Positions 1 through 16,934 of a DNA stretch of 64,000 nucleotides are shown piece after piece. Origin of the DNA: Chrysomallon squamiferum (Eukaryota > Animalia > Mollusca); the NCBI GenBank assembly GCA_012295275.1, contig CM022665.1, forward strand, positions 33,542,001 to 33,606,000, in the 5' to 3' direction. The stretch's first letter is position 1. The number at the start of each line of letters is the position of its first letter. The notes under the pieces were generated by a model, which ran no database searches, was not told the origin of the DNA, and saw nothing but the letters and a program-made list of their open reading frames with translations. Made by a program: the position numbers and the translations under genes.

Positions 1-4119
<4,119 letters not shown>

Positions 4120-5789
4120 ATTTAGCTTTTAACATGATATGGATGACTACTGATTGCTTTCTTTTTTCTTTCTTTTTATCAATGCAAGCCTGTTCTGTAA
4201 GTTGGATTATTTGAGTTTTGTTATTGACATACTTAAATATGTTACAGATATGAATTAACATACATAATACAAAATATGTATTATTAATCACAGAAGTTTT
4301 ATGTTAGATATTTTCTTTAACTTGATGACATATTATTATCAGTTTAAATAGGAAAATGTTTTATATTGCTGAAAATAATTACAGTTGGTCAGATTTAATG
4401 TTTTGTTTGATAATATTCTGTTTGAATAGATATTGTTATATTTTGCAGTGATAAAAAATGCCAGAAATTTTATTTATTATTTTTTTCTTTAAACATTGCT
4501 CTCCCACTTTAACATTATAAACTCATCAGATATTTTATTATTATTTTTATTATTTTTTTTATTTTCTTTAAATTGAAAAATAAATATTTCATATTCAAAA
4601 CACCCTTTTTAATTTTTGGGGTTTATTTAAATGTGCCTCAAATTATTTATCATTCTACTTAGACAGAAATGAAATTTATTAATGTTATGTTCTTTGGAAT
4701 TGTGGCCATTAAGCCTAGATTGTAGTTAACTTTGTTTTGCTTGTTCATTTCTAGAAATTCACTTTTTTCTTACTTTTGCTGAGACATTATGTGATAATTT
4801 TGCTCCATGTATTAGGGTTTGTATTAACTGATGTTTAATTTTACAAAGTGAATACTTTAAAAAAAAAAGTAATTTATCAATCCATAGCATCCATAGCATC
4901 ATTAGCACAATTTATCAAAATTATTTCAGAATGTTAACTATCCTCCATAGTGTAACATATAATTGCTGCTTTGGTTAAACTGCTGTGAAGATAATTTATT
5001 GACTTTTGTAAGCCTGACATCACAGTAATTAATAAATTGAGATGGATTTAAATTAATGATGTAATCTTATTATTTATTTTCTTAAACCTTTACCAATGAC
5101 AAAGCTTTGTGATATCAAAGATTAGGGAGAAAATAAAGGAGTATATAAATAAAAAAGAAATCTGAAAGCTGTTTGTGGTGTTACTAGGAAACCCAGTATT
5201 TCAGTTGTTTGTTTTGTATGTTTCTTTGTTTGTCAAACAAATTATAATCATGCAGTCAAAAGGAAAATCAGTTAATTTTTATTAAGATACCTAGATACAT
5301 GTATTGGAGAATCTATTACGTATTTAATTAAATGCCTCTTTGTTCTTTGAAGATGTTTTCTAATTTATCATTGAGTAAAGTTGTTTTAAAAAGTTCAGTC
5401 AGATACAACATTTGACTATGCTATTTTAATACTATGCCACAGAAGATCAAACTAGATGTTTTGAGCATTAAATTGTGACATGAACATTCAAAAATTGTTT
5501 GTGTGTCAAAATTTATTTTGTTTAAAATTTAAAAAAAAATTATTATTATTATTATTATCTTTTATCATTTACTTTCTTCTCAGTGTGTTTCAGATATTAA
5601 CAAAACTGGAATCTATCTTGTCATTTCAAATTGAACTTTGTTGAACTGAATACCAGATAGCTCTGAATGATGTTGCTATTTTACAGTTTGTATTATTCTT
5701 TACAGCTGTAGTCTTAATTTCATGTTAATTTGCTATGAAGTGTGGAATGCAGTGTAGCAGCTGAGTATCTGAACTAATTAAGTTACATC

Positions 5790-5795
5790 AATAAA
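5790..5795 (+). promoter_or_regulatory. Candidate distal polyadenylation signal of BTBD10
   Basis: AATAAA followed by GT/T-rich sequence about 1.7 kb after the stop codon. More proximal AATAAA hexamers also exist (e.g. ~4579, ~5031). Confidence 0.35.
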
Positions 5796-5829
5796 TTTTC
5801 ACATAACTGATAGTGTTTACAATTCTGTC

Positions 5830-6399
5830 TTCATATATATTTTATTTATTTATTTATTTATTTTAAGTGAGAAATATGTGGATCCAGTGTGGAAACAAGA
5901 ATCATAAAATATTTTGGAATTCCAGGGTGCTTAACCCCTTGTTCAAATTCCCTGAATTTAGACAGGCATATCCATTTTCTGAAAATGTAGATTTTCATTC
6001 CATGATAACTTTTACCTTGAAAGAATCTTGTAATATATCATTTATAGTTTTAGCAGAAAATCTAATACAGTCAGCAATAGAGTTACCATTTTTGACACAA
6101 ATAAGTGCATTTTGAACATAGTATATTACTTGTCATGTATCAGTTCCAACAGTACATGGCTTCTAAAGAATGGAGCCTGTAAAACATGAAATACCACCAA
6201 TACACAACTTAGATTCAGAGCATATTGTAGGTTTCATAAACTATGATTATGAAGTAAACAGAAAATTGTAAAGTAGCTATCGTGTTTTATCATATCTGGT
6301 TAATGCAAAATCAACTTACCTGATGGAAAAATCACCCTTCAGATTCATTTTCAGAACACCTGAGATAATGGATGCCTGGAACAAGCCTGACAGCAAGAG
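5830..6399 (-). ncRNA. Candidate spliced non-coding transcript (3' exons), convergent with BTBD10
   Basis: Minus-strand 80-nt exon 6320-6399 has acceptor cttcttgtttcAG and donor CAG|GTAAGT. The next acceptor, catgttttacAG, is at ~6177. No recognisable protein is encoded. Confidence 0.35.
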
Positions 6400-7490
6400 C
6401 TGAAACAAGAAGGAAGTTGTCACACTGGAACACACAAGAAATAATAAACCTCCATTTCTACAGAGTGAAAAATCTGGGGGAAAAGTGATAGACCACGTTA
6501 TTACATGTGTCTTAGATGATAAATATATAATGTGTAAAATCTGATATAAAAATGCCTTACTGAAATACAGATGTAATTAAAATCTGAATGCATTAAATAT
6601 AAACCTTAACAATTAATAAAACACAAATTATGGCATGGTGGATGGGTGAAATAAAGAGAACTATTTCTCAAAAATTTATTTTTTGTAATGCAGTGGACTG
6701 CTGTTGCAAGACCTTTTGACCAGTGAAAACTGGTCATTCAACTGCTGTCTAGCAATTACTAATTTATTGGAATGTTAGAAAAGTGTATCCTTCTATTGCA
6801 ATGAAATAGTAAATGAGTTATTTGGGCAAAATATTGTCTTTTGATGAGACCTATTTTTCTGCTTCATGATATGCCAAGAAAGTGTTTTCTGTCAGCCATA
6901 CCTTCATGTTCCCTTCTCTTTCTTGTTTTTTTTTTTCCTTTGTTTCAACCCAGCTAGCCTCTAAAATGCCAGTTTCAACATTTTATGGCAGCATAATTTT
7001 TAGTTTGAAATCTTGAATTTAATAATCCATAAAAGGTACTACAATTAAATTTTATTCACACAGCCATCCTACAGACACTTAAAAACAAATTCATATCTAA
7101 TGTCAGTATTTTTATATATGTTGTATGTATTAAAATTAGATGTATTATGTTTTTCAAAAATTTAAGTAAGCCTGGTAATATGTTTCATACTGAAATTCGT
7201 TTCCGGCAGACCTGCTTTTTCTTTACATTGGGCTGTACAATTAGTATTTCTAAGTTTCTCATAGAATCCGATAAAATTAATGACACAGTTCCACAAAGTA
7301 TTAATATGTATGCACATTTTATGCATAAAAATTATATTGCTCGATTTCTTTCTTTTTTTTTTTTTAAGTGACAACAGCGGGTTTTTTTTTTTTTTTTTTT
7401 TTTCTCTATATTGTGAATGATCGTATACATACTGTACATAGGTGACTGCAATAATTTAGCTACAAATTTGAAAAAGGATAAAGAAATAAA

Positions 7491-7526
<36 letters not shown>

Positions 7527-8014
7527 TAATGTAAATGATTTTATGATACAGATTCAACCATATATTTTAAGTTTCCCCCAGTTGTATGGTGGGTATATTT
7601 TTCATCTCTTGTCTTAAAAACCTATAACATTTTATAGCTTCATAATTTACTGCCTTAAGCTGTCTCTAGCTTCAGTTGAAGGAGATACCAAATTTCTTGC
7701 TTATGGCAGGCTTCTTGCTCCATCATACCCTACCATCTTTTATTGTTCAAAAGTACTAAATATACATGAAAGATTGTGTGTGTGTGTGTGTGTGTTGTTC
7801 ATGTTTGATGGGGTGTAATTTTGGGTGTATTTTTATATAAAACTGAAGGGGACACTGGGTAGCTAAAAATCCCAGTATGAAATGTGTTTTAAAATAATAG
7901 TTAAATAATGTGTTTCTCAGTGGAGTTTACAGTAACTTGATTCTATTTATAACTTTTTTCTTTTTGTTTACATTTAATACTAAACACACACAGACTCATT
8001 TATATAAAGAGTTT

Positions 8015-8392
8015 ATCATGTAAATAAATTGGTTTTGTAAAGTGTATATCTTGGATATCAGACAAATTATTTTAATGCCTTTAGCTGGAGTTATAGCCTT
8101 TATCGACTCCTGCTTCAAGGTTTAGGCATGCCTATCACGGATCCGATCTCTGGCATCGCCAGGGACGGGTTCCGGGACAGGAGAGGGGTAGGGGAAGGGG
8201 TGAAGTGTTTGAAGTGGGCAATTTGCAATAAGCATTAAATGTTTCTTTGTTAACAAGATCCAAAAGGGATAAAATAATAATGAAAAAAAAAGGGTGTGTG
8301 TGTGTTGTATTTATAAAAGGGAATAGCGCTATTTTGATTAAAGTTATTATATTATTTGTTTCCTAGTAGGTGATTGAGGTTTTTTACTAAAA

Positions 8393-8430
<38 letters not shown>

Positions 8431-9196
8431 GGATTTTCTCTTTTTCTCTCTTTCTTTATTTTTATTTTACCTTACATTTTATTTTATTTCATTTCATTTT
8501 ATTTTTGTTCTGGAGGAAGGATTCATAGGTGGGTTATCGTGTCGGGCATGTTTTTGTTTTTGTTAGCGTCGCGTTTTTTATAAGTAAGTATTTGGAGTTG
8601 CTGGGCCGCGGATCCGTCGAAAGGGAAACTACCAGTTGGTTCAGCTTATGAATGTGTTTATCGTTGAAGTAGAGTTTAGAGAGGTCTTGTCAATATATTT
8701 TCTTAGAGAGAAGCGGGATTACATCTGGTAAGGGTGACGAGCAGAAAGGACGGCGGTATGGGGGAGTGGCTGGTGGAAGGGGAGACGGCAGTATCGCTTA
8801 TACATACCGTATTATGAGATTATCCACTTGGTTTTTTATCAACCCAAGGGTTGAAAATGTTGACTGGAGTAAATTTGAGTTTGATTTTTTCTAGAGCTGT
8901 GCTTAGGTTGCGTCTGTCCTTGTCGTATTTCGTGCAGTAGAAAAGGTAGTGTCTGACGTTGTCTAGTTTATGACATTTGTCACTTACACTGTTTTTGAGT
9001 CTATGTCTACTGTCGTTTAGTCCGAAGGTTACTCCCACTCTGAGACGGGTTAAAGTTTGAGTTGTTTTGTTGTTATCTGAGAGTGGGCTGGGAGGGTTTA
9101 CTTTTGGTTTAATTATGTAATGCCATAGTCTAGTTCTGTTGTTCCAGTCTTGTTGCCACGATTCTATCAGATTATTGTGCGCTATGGTCATAATTT
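8015..9196. repeat. Left arm of a 1.18-kb near-perfect inverted repeat (partner 15858-17038)
   Basis: Reverse-complement match. I found only one substitution (~8036) and one homopolymer indel (~8575). Confidence 0.95.
8119..9196 (-). mobile_element. 5'-truncated I-clade LINE 3' fragment (ORF2 C-terminus plus 3' UTR) inserted in the Tigger element
   Basis: ORF 8820-9191 (WQQDWNN...LTRLRVG...HYLFYC) is an ORF2 C-terminal Zn-finger region. It translates identically to 15863-16234 on the opposite strand. Confidence 0.9.
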
Positions 9197-9679
9197 TATG
9201 AATTCAAGCATTAATTCAAAGGACATCATCCGCTTCTTCTTCTCAGCACTGTCCTTTGCACTCACTTTCTTGGGATCCATGGAAATTGGGCAAAATACTG
9301 CACAAAACGCGAGCACAACACAACAGAAATGCTCCCGCGGCAAGGTAACGACATGAAGTAAACGAGTGAGATGCAGGATGTTGTGTTGTTCGTTGCGCCA
9401 ACTAGCGGCGGCGTATCTGAAGCTCGTAACTCGGATTTTGGCTCGCAACTCAAAGCACAAAATCGACCGGGCGAATGCTCGTAACTCGGAAAACTTGTAA
9501 GCTGGAGCAGTCGTAAGTGGAGGTACCACTGTATTTGTGTTAATTGATATAAAATAAAAAATTTATGGATTTCTCTGTATAAAATTGAATTTGAGGGCGT
9601 GTAACTCTTTTGTTTAAATTATTTATTTATTTGTCACACACACACACACACACATACACACACACACACACACACACAT

Positions 9680-10696
9680 ATTATGACGGCAAACCGCTTT
9701 TTTATCTTGTGCAGTAGGGCCTTTAATCACTAATAGGGCCTCGGTCGGGCTGTGCAAAGTTTTAACAGCGATGGACTGTTTTCTGTGTTTCTTTAACTTA
9801 GCAAAAAGGTCCTAACTTATTTACTAAACCACGGATCGCAGTTTAGGTTATACCTACTTGTAGAATTCGCTGGTAGCTTTTTTAAAACTTATTATAATGT
9901 TTTATATTGCTGTACTTTTAAGGTACAGTTTTTGAAAATGTCGGTAACAAATTAACTATTTACCTAAATAACTTTCTTTAATACAGTTTAACATCCGTAA
10001 TTAACCTGTATGCATCATTAAAGTAAGTAAATAGGTTAACCGTTCATTTCTACAAATATTCCTATTAGTATGTATTTTTTAAATATCCACTTTTAGTTAA
10101 CAGAAATCCAATTACTGAAATCACCCAACAATTAACGATCATTAGCGAGAGACAAAGGGAAATTTGTCCTCGACCTGTTCATTTAAGTAAAAGACAAAAT
10201 AGACGATACGAGGAAGACACGGATGGGACTGCGGAGTTGGCGGCCATTATTAGGCAGTTATGTTGGTAAATAAGTGGGAAGCAGGGACAAATGGTTATCT
10301 TATTTCTGTATTCTCTGTTTGATTTGTTGATCAATTTGATGTAACCTGTATATGCTCCATAGAGAGTTTGAATTATATATTTATTTCTAACAAAACCTGT
10401 TAGGGAAAATTAAACGAATTAAGAATTATAGTATTTCATTTAACGCCAACTCCCACGTCCTCAACCACTAAATAATAAGTATACATGTGTAAAATAAATA
10501 ATTATCTTTGTAATATAAATATTGTGTTTTGTTTTGGTGTTCATAGTGGATACTTGATATTATATATAGTTTATATCTGTAGTATATGCAAATATATGTA
10601 TCTATTATAATCAACCGTCACAGTTTCTTAATTACACAGTCAGCGGGTCCACAAAACGCACAATCCCTAGACAAGAAACGATCCATATTTTAATAG
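9680..10696. repeat. Copy 1 of a ~1-kb local direct duplication (copy 2 is split: 12271-12832 plus 17296-17479)
   Basis: Shared blocks include ctaatagggcctcg, tatacctacttgtagaattcgctggtagc, atttaagtaaaagac and gtaatataaatattgtgttttgttttggtgttcatagtggatac...ccatattttaatag. Confidence 0.9.
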
Positions 10697-11125
10697 TTCC
10701 CTTCCAAAAGACAGACATCCCATAATGCAGACATGCCTTTTGATAGACAAAACTTTTTAATGGGTCATGTACACCCCCGACTGCTTTAGTGGTACTGCTC
10801 CAGTCTGTTCAGCATACTACTGCTTGTTGTTGTTATTATATCTACCAATTCCACACAAATTACTAGGAGAACTTAACTGTAATCTGCTAAACAGAATTAA
10901 CAAATGTAAAGATCTGTGTTTTATGAAGTCCCTGTGTTTAGAGTTTATTTCATGTCTTCTCCACTGCAATGTCCATATTCGGTTCATTCCACTTCAGAAA
11001 GTCATTGTTTATATATCAATGATTATTATGTCTCTGACGACCAATGTCTTGTATTTCACTGATCATACATTTAAACCATAGCTAATCACAGACATAGCAT
11101 ATAAAAGTTCTTATACATTAACTAC

Positions 11126-11790
11126 GTGTACCTACCAAAAATAGATTCATATTTTGTAGTCATGGCTGATCTTAGAATGGGTAGAATTTCTTCAGTCACA
11201 GAAGGTAGACCACATAACATTGAACGGATTTCTATTTTCAACGAAAGCGTTCACTGGAGATGTGTGACAAAAACGTGTACCGTGAAGTACACCACTGTCG
11301 GCGATTTTATTGAGAACACATCAGAACACAACCATCTTCCAAGTGACCCGAATGTAGTTCGGTTTATCAGCATACTACGGAAGCGAGCAAGAGAAGAAAC
11401 AACACCAATGCAGAAAAATATACAATGATGAGGTTGCAAAGCAAGTATCAGAAACATTTCCTCATTTGCCTTCCTTTCCCAGTATGAGCTGTGCACTGTT
11501 CAGAGAGATACGAGTTCTGATACATGCCCTACCACAGACTAGAGTCGATGTCAGCATAGAAGAACCATGTACAAAGAAATATGACGGAGACGCTACCTTT
11601 TATTTAGCAATGGAAATGAAGATAACATGCTTGTGTTTTCTACAGATGAGCAAATCGTAGCAAGATACGTGGTTTGAAGCCATGGATAATGGACCTGATG
11701 TTGCACAGGCGGAGAAATTAAATGATTAAGTGGTTTCTACAAGGGTAGATGATGATGCCGGATTTCCTTTTATTTTGTGGAACCATCATC
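11126..11790 (+). mobile_element. Degenerate Mutator-like (MULE) transposase fragment with FLYWCH zinc finger
   Basis: HWRCVTKTC...SEHNHLP (FLYWCH-type), then LRKRAREETTP, FPSM...ALPQTR and a DDDAxFP..LWNH motif. Frameshifts and stops are present. Confidence 0.7.
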
Positions 11791-12270
11791 TGATGGGTTG
11801 TATCCTACGCTGTTGACTGTTTATACTTTATTATGTATTTTAATACTACTACAATACACTATAGTAAAAATACAACTCACATTTTTGGGTATGAAATAGT
11901 AATTCAGCAAAATATCTTTACTGGTGACACGAACAGTGCCTTCTGGAGTTGGAAACATAAGTCTGTGAAAATACAAAAATGAGTCTGTTAGATGTTTTTC
12001 TCGACAATAAATTGATTGCATTTTTCTATGCATACACTAACACAGTGCTATCAGCTGATACATTTTTTAGATTAGCGAATCCCTCTGTAAATAAAAACGT
12101 TTCTTTTTTTCCCCTTGTGAGTAAACAAAATTTTGTCCGTTAGGTTTAAAAGTTTTGAATGTAAACAAGTTACCTGTGAGATTGTCTCAGACATGCTTTC
12201 GGATAAGGCATATGGTTCAGTATCTCTGCAGTTATTCCAGTGTTATTACTTGAGTTTCTTTTATTTCCTG

Positions 12271-12832
12271 ATTATGACGTTAAACGGTTTTTCATCTTAC
12301 ATAACATGGCCCTTAGCCATACTCTAATAGGGCCTCGTTCAAGCTGTGGAAAGTTTTCTCAGCGATATTTAGATGTACTGTTTTCTGTGTTTCTTTAACA
12401 TAGCAAATTGGTCCTAACTTATTTACTAAGCCACGGATTGCAATTTAGTTTATACCTACTTGTAGAATTCGCTGGTAGCTATTTTTTTACTTATTATTGT
12501 ATTTTATATTGTTGTACTTTTAAGGTACAGTTTTTGAAAATGTCGATAACATTTTTAATATTTACCTAAATGACTTAAATATATATAGTTTAACATCTCG
12601 TAATTAACCTATATATATCCTTAAAGTAAGTAAATATGTTAACCATTCATTCTACAAATATTCCTAACAATATGTATTAATTAAATATCTACTGTTAGTT
12701 AACAGTAATCCAATTATTGAAATCACTTAACAATTAAAGATCATTAACGAGAGACAAAAGGAATTTTTGTCAGCTCTGCTCTGCTGACTTCAGGGAAGTC
12801 CGCGACGTGTTTATTTAAGTAAAAGACGAAAG
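12271..12832. repeat. Copy 2 (5' part) of the 9680-10696 duplication
   Basis: Colinear, diverged match to 9680-10200 that ends where the LINE begins. Confidence 0.88.
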
Positions 12833-15800
12833 AGCCCAGATATCACAGAGAAATGGACAACACGGTGCCTTACGGCACCTGGGGTGACTGCACCTTCACT
12901 GCAGAACCCCTAAAACAGGTAAGAAACAAAAAGAAAAAAAAGAAGCAGAAACCATACACAGAACCATCAAAACGAACACCAACCAAAAAAGACTTACTGA
13001 CAGTAGCAACCAAAACAAATCCGACAATACAAAAACAAAAACAAAAACACCAACATCGCCCTGACATCCCCACAAAACAAACCCCCCAACTCCCCGCAAA
13101 ATTATTGAACAACACAGAGGAGTTTTCACACCTGACCCTCACACCTGGAAGAACCTGGCCTAGAGAGTTCTTCTACTCAAGCGTTGCACCAACTGGACGG
13201 GTAAACTCCATACCACAACAACAAAACAACACCCCACAAAAAGACACCCAATATACAACACCAAAAAGGGTACGCGCGACCCCCGCTCCAGCAACACCAA
13301 CTAATATAGCAACAGACCACTCCCTACGAAGACTGGTGAAAATGAAAACACTCAGAGAAACATCCGCACAAATTACACAAACAATAAATAAAGAAAATCC
13401 TCACGTGATGGTTCAGAACCTGACGATCTGGAACAATGGCTACTGGGAGGTGCTTCTGTCTGCCACAACAGAACTAGACCACGTCCTTTTTGATAACAAA
13501 CCACGCAAATTACTGACTTTTGAATCAAAACCAGTAAAATGCGCTTAATGCCAACGATGGGGAAACAACGTTCACAAATGTAGATCAATGAGGGGATACC
13601 CAACGTGTTTCAGGTGTGGAGGCCGACACCCTAAGAAAACGGCAGACAACCCGTGCCGTCAATCCATCCATTGCTGTAACTGCAACGGCCGACACCACAC
13701 ACACAGACACCTATGTCCGGCTTACAAAAACGCAATTAAACACTTGGAGGCCAAAGACACACCGACAGCTTGAGCCTCTCAGTTTTCAGCCACACACTGA
13801 TACATACAAGCCCCTAGGACAAACACAAAACAAAAGCAACTAGGCGGACTGAACTACAAAGCCAGCCCAGTGATAGCCCTCCAGCTACTCAGGGTTGTCA
13901 CTGGCCTGTTGCTAGACGGATCCATGCGGACCCCCAACTCCAATAACAGGTCGGATGCCGCCACTGAGATTTGGCAGCATGTCAGACCCTCCAAAAACAT
14001 CTGGGACTACCAATGGAGCTTGATAAGGTGCTCCCAAACTCCATGACCTACTAAAAAAACAACAACATCAACACCAATAACTCTAACCAAGTGAAATAAA
14101 TGCAACCAAATACACGCAATAAAACTAATCCCCAACAATACCAAACTCCTTCACACTATACATGGAAGACAAACAAAACAAATACAAAAACAACAAACAT
14201 AAACCATCTAAAGGCCTAAACATCCTTCAGTGGAATGCTAAAGGTCTTAAATAAATAGGTCATGGGGACGAACTCAGAAGCTACATACTCAACTCTAATC
14301 ATCATATTGACATAATCTGCATACAAGAAACCTGGATCACCAACACACAAACACGGAACAAACAATTCTTCCAAATCTTTAACATACCATGATTTTTTGG
14401 CTTCTTTCACAACACTAACTGCACCAGGAGAGGAGGAGTAGCAACTTATGTCAGAAATGAACTATCCTACTCACGAATCGCATTAACCAGTCACCATCCC
14501 AACATAGAGACACTTGGGATAACAATCCATGGCCAGGCTGAAGACATTAACGTTTTCAGCTACTACACCCACCCAGGCAAAAAACATTACAACATAACAC
14601 TAGAACAATACACTAAAAGAATTCCCTCTAAATACATCGATATTTCCATTATACTGGGGGATTTCAACAGCAGAAACCACCTGTGGGGATCCTCTAGTAC
14701 ATGTAAACAAGGAGCCATCATCGAAAACTTTACGGACCTTAACAAACACATATGTCTAACGACAACCTACCTATCAGACATATACAACACCTGGTTATGC
14801 CTTCATATCACACCAGTGTCTGAAAAATAGCCTCTAAATGTGAATGGACAGTCCTTAACAATCTCAACAGCGATCACCTGCCAATACTAATCTACAACAC
14901 TGAAAATAACTGGAAAGTTGTACCAATAAACAAACACAAATGGAACTTCACGAAAGCCAACTAGACTGAATTTAAAAAGCAATGTCTGGAAACAGATCCA
15001 AAACTCATTCGAAATATTAATATTAATTAACATTGCCAATAAAACTCTCCTAATCTCTAATTGTAAATACCAAAATAATTCAGTACATTGGTGGAGTGAA
15101 GAACTAACCCTCTTTGCCATCGCAAAGCATACCCAAAAAAAAAATAATAATAATAATTCAGCCACTTCGCAAACTTCAAAATGGGTAAAAACAAAGTCTC
15201 ACAAGCTGTGCTAAATGCAAAAAAAAAAAAAAGAATCCTGGAAAATGTTCTGCACCTCTATCAACAAAAACACATCAAGTAAGGAAATCTGGGCCAAAAT
15301 TAAATGTATACAAAGGAAACCAATTAGCAAGAACACACTACTAGTCCGTAGTCTGGTTAGGTGGTCGCTTGTGGAGTGATTCTTTCTGAAGCCACTTTGA
15401 AAGGTCGAAGCAATCATAGTGTTAAGACTCCAGTATGGGTCCTAGTTGTTCAGCGGTGTGTCTGAATACCAGCTTAACCGACTAGATACTATCTATATTA
15501 AAGCACTGAGAACTGTCTCCCCAGACTGACAGTCTCTTTCTATAACTAACATTCAGACGCAGCAAAGAGTTTCTGAAAGACCGGTTAAAAATTAAAAAAC
15601 TAATCCCCACCCACCCTATAAATGCAATAACCCCCCTCATACTGATTGAGCTCTGCACAAACTCAAATTTAGCAGCTCCCAGTACATTAGAGAGATCATC
15701 GTCATCACAAACTGTATCAATTACAGAGGGCACAAAGACACCTTCGAGTGGGTACCCACTCACGTCGGTGTTACTAGAAACGAGCTGGCAGACAAAAACG

Positions 15801-16622
15801 CAAAACAATCTCTAGAAGACGACACAATTAACTTTAACTGTAAATATCACTTTATCGAAATTATGACCATAGCGCACAATAATCTGATAGAATCGTGGCA
15901 ACAAGACTGGAACAACAGAACTAGACTATGGCATTACATAATTAAACCAAAAGTAAACCCTCCCAGCCCACTCTCAGATAACAACAAAACAACTCAAACT
16001 TTAACCCGTCTCAGAGTGGGAGTAACCTTCGGACTAAACGACAGTAGACATAGACTCAAAAACAGTGTAAGTGACAAATGTCATAAACTAGACAACGTCA
16101 GACACTACCTTTTCTACTGCACGAAATACGACAAGGACAGACGCAACCTAAGCACAGCTCTAGAAAAAATCAAACTCAAATTTACTCCAGTCAACATTTT
16201 CAACCCTTGGGTTGATAAAAAACCAAGTGGATAATCTCATAATACGGTATGTATAAGCGATACTGCCGTCTCCCCTTCCACCAGCCACTCCCCCATACCG
16301 CCGTCCTTTCTGCTCGTCACCCTTACCAGATGTAATCCCGCTTCTCTCTAAGAAAATATATTGACAAGACCTCTCTAAACTCTACTTCAACGATAAACAC
16401 ATTCATAAGCTGAACCAACTGGTAGTTTCCCTTTCGACGGATCCGCGGCCCAGCAACTCCAAATACTTACTTATAAAAACGCGACGCTAACAAAAACAAA
16501 AACATGCCCGACACGATAACCCACCTATGAATCCTTCCTCCAGAACAAAAATAAAATGAAATGAAATAAAATAAAATGTAAGGTAAAATAAAAATAAAGA
16601 AAGAGAGAAAAAGAGAAAATCC

Positions 16623-16660
<38 letters not shown>

Positions 16661-16934
16661 TTTTAGTAAAAAACCTCAATCACCTACTAGGAAACAAATA
16701 ATATAATAACTTTAATCAAAATAGCGCTATTCCCTTTTATAAATACAACACACACACACCCTTTTTTTTTCATTATTATTTTATCCCTTTTGGATCTTGT
16801 TAACAAAGAAACATTTAATGCTTATTGCAAATTGCCCACTTCAAACACTTCACCCCTTCCCCTACCCCTCTCCTGTCCCGGAACCCGTCCCTGGCGATGC
16901 CAGAGATCGGATCCGTGATAGGCATGCCTAAACC
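12833..16934 (+). mobile_element. Decayed I-clade (Nimb/I-like) non-LTR retrotransposon
   Basis: ORF1 12853-13770 has gag-like knuckles CFRCGGRH and CCNCNGRH...C. The APE endonuclease starts at ~14215 (LNILQWNAKGL, ICIQETW, GGVATYVR, LGDFN, SDHLPI). RNase H motif FEWVPTHVGVTRNELAD and C-terminal HYLFYC are present. Most of the RT is deleted. The strand is A/C-rich, with a 3' stem-loop at 16893-16928. Confidence 0.92.

Larger units (their letters stand above)
8015..9531 (-). mobile_element. Tigger/pogo-derived non-autonomous DNA transposon, interrupted by a LINE fragment and truncated at its left end
   Basis: TIR end ...gaggtaccactg followed by TA at 9532-9533. Encodes the transposase N-terminus MDPKKVSAKDSAEKKKRMMSFEL (CENP-B/psq HTH start). 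Segment 8015-8118 continues the same element (LKQESIKAITPAKGIKII). Homologous to the copies at 37328 and 44081. Confidence 0.88.

Noticed and set aside
8374-8583. Hydrophobic 69-70 aa ORF present twice (also 16467-16679)
   Set aside because: Antisense reading of the LINE 3' UTR microsatellite; it is duplicated only because of the inverted repeat.
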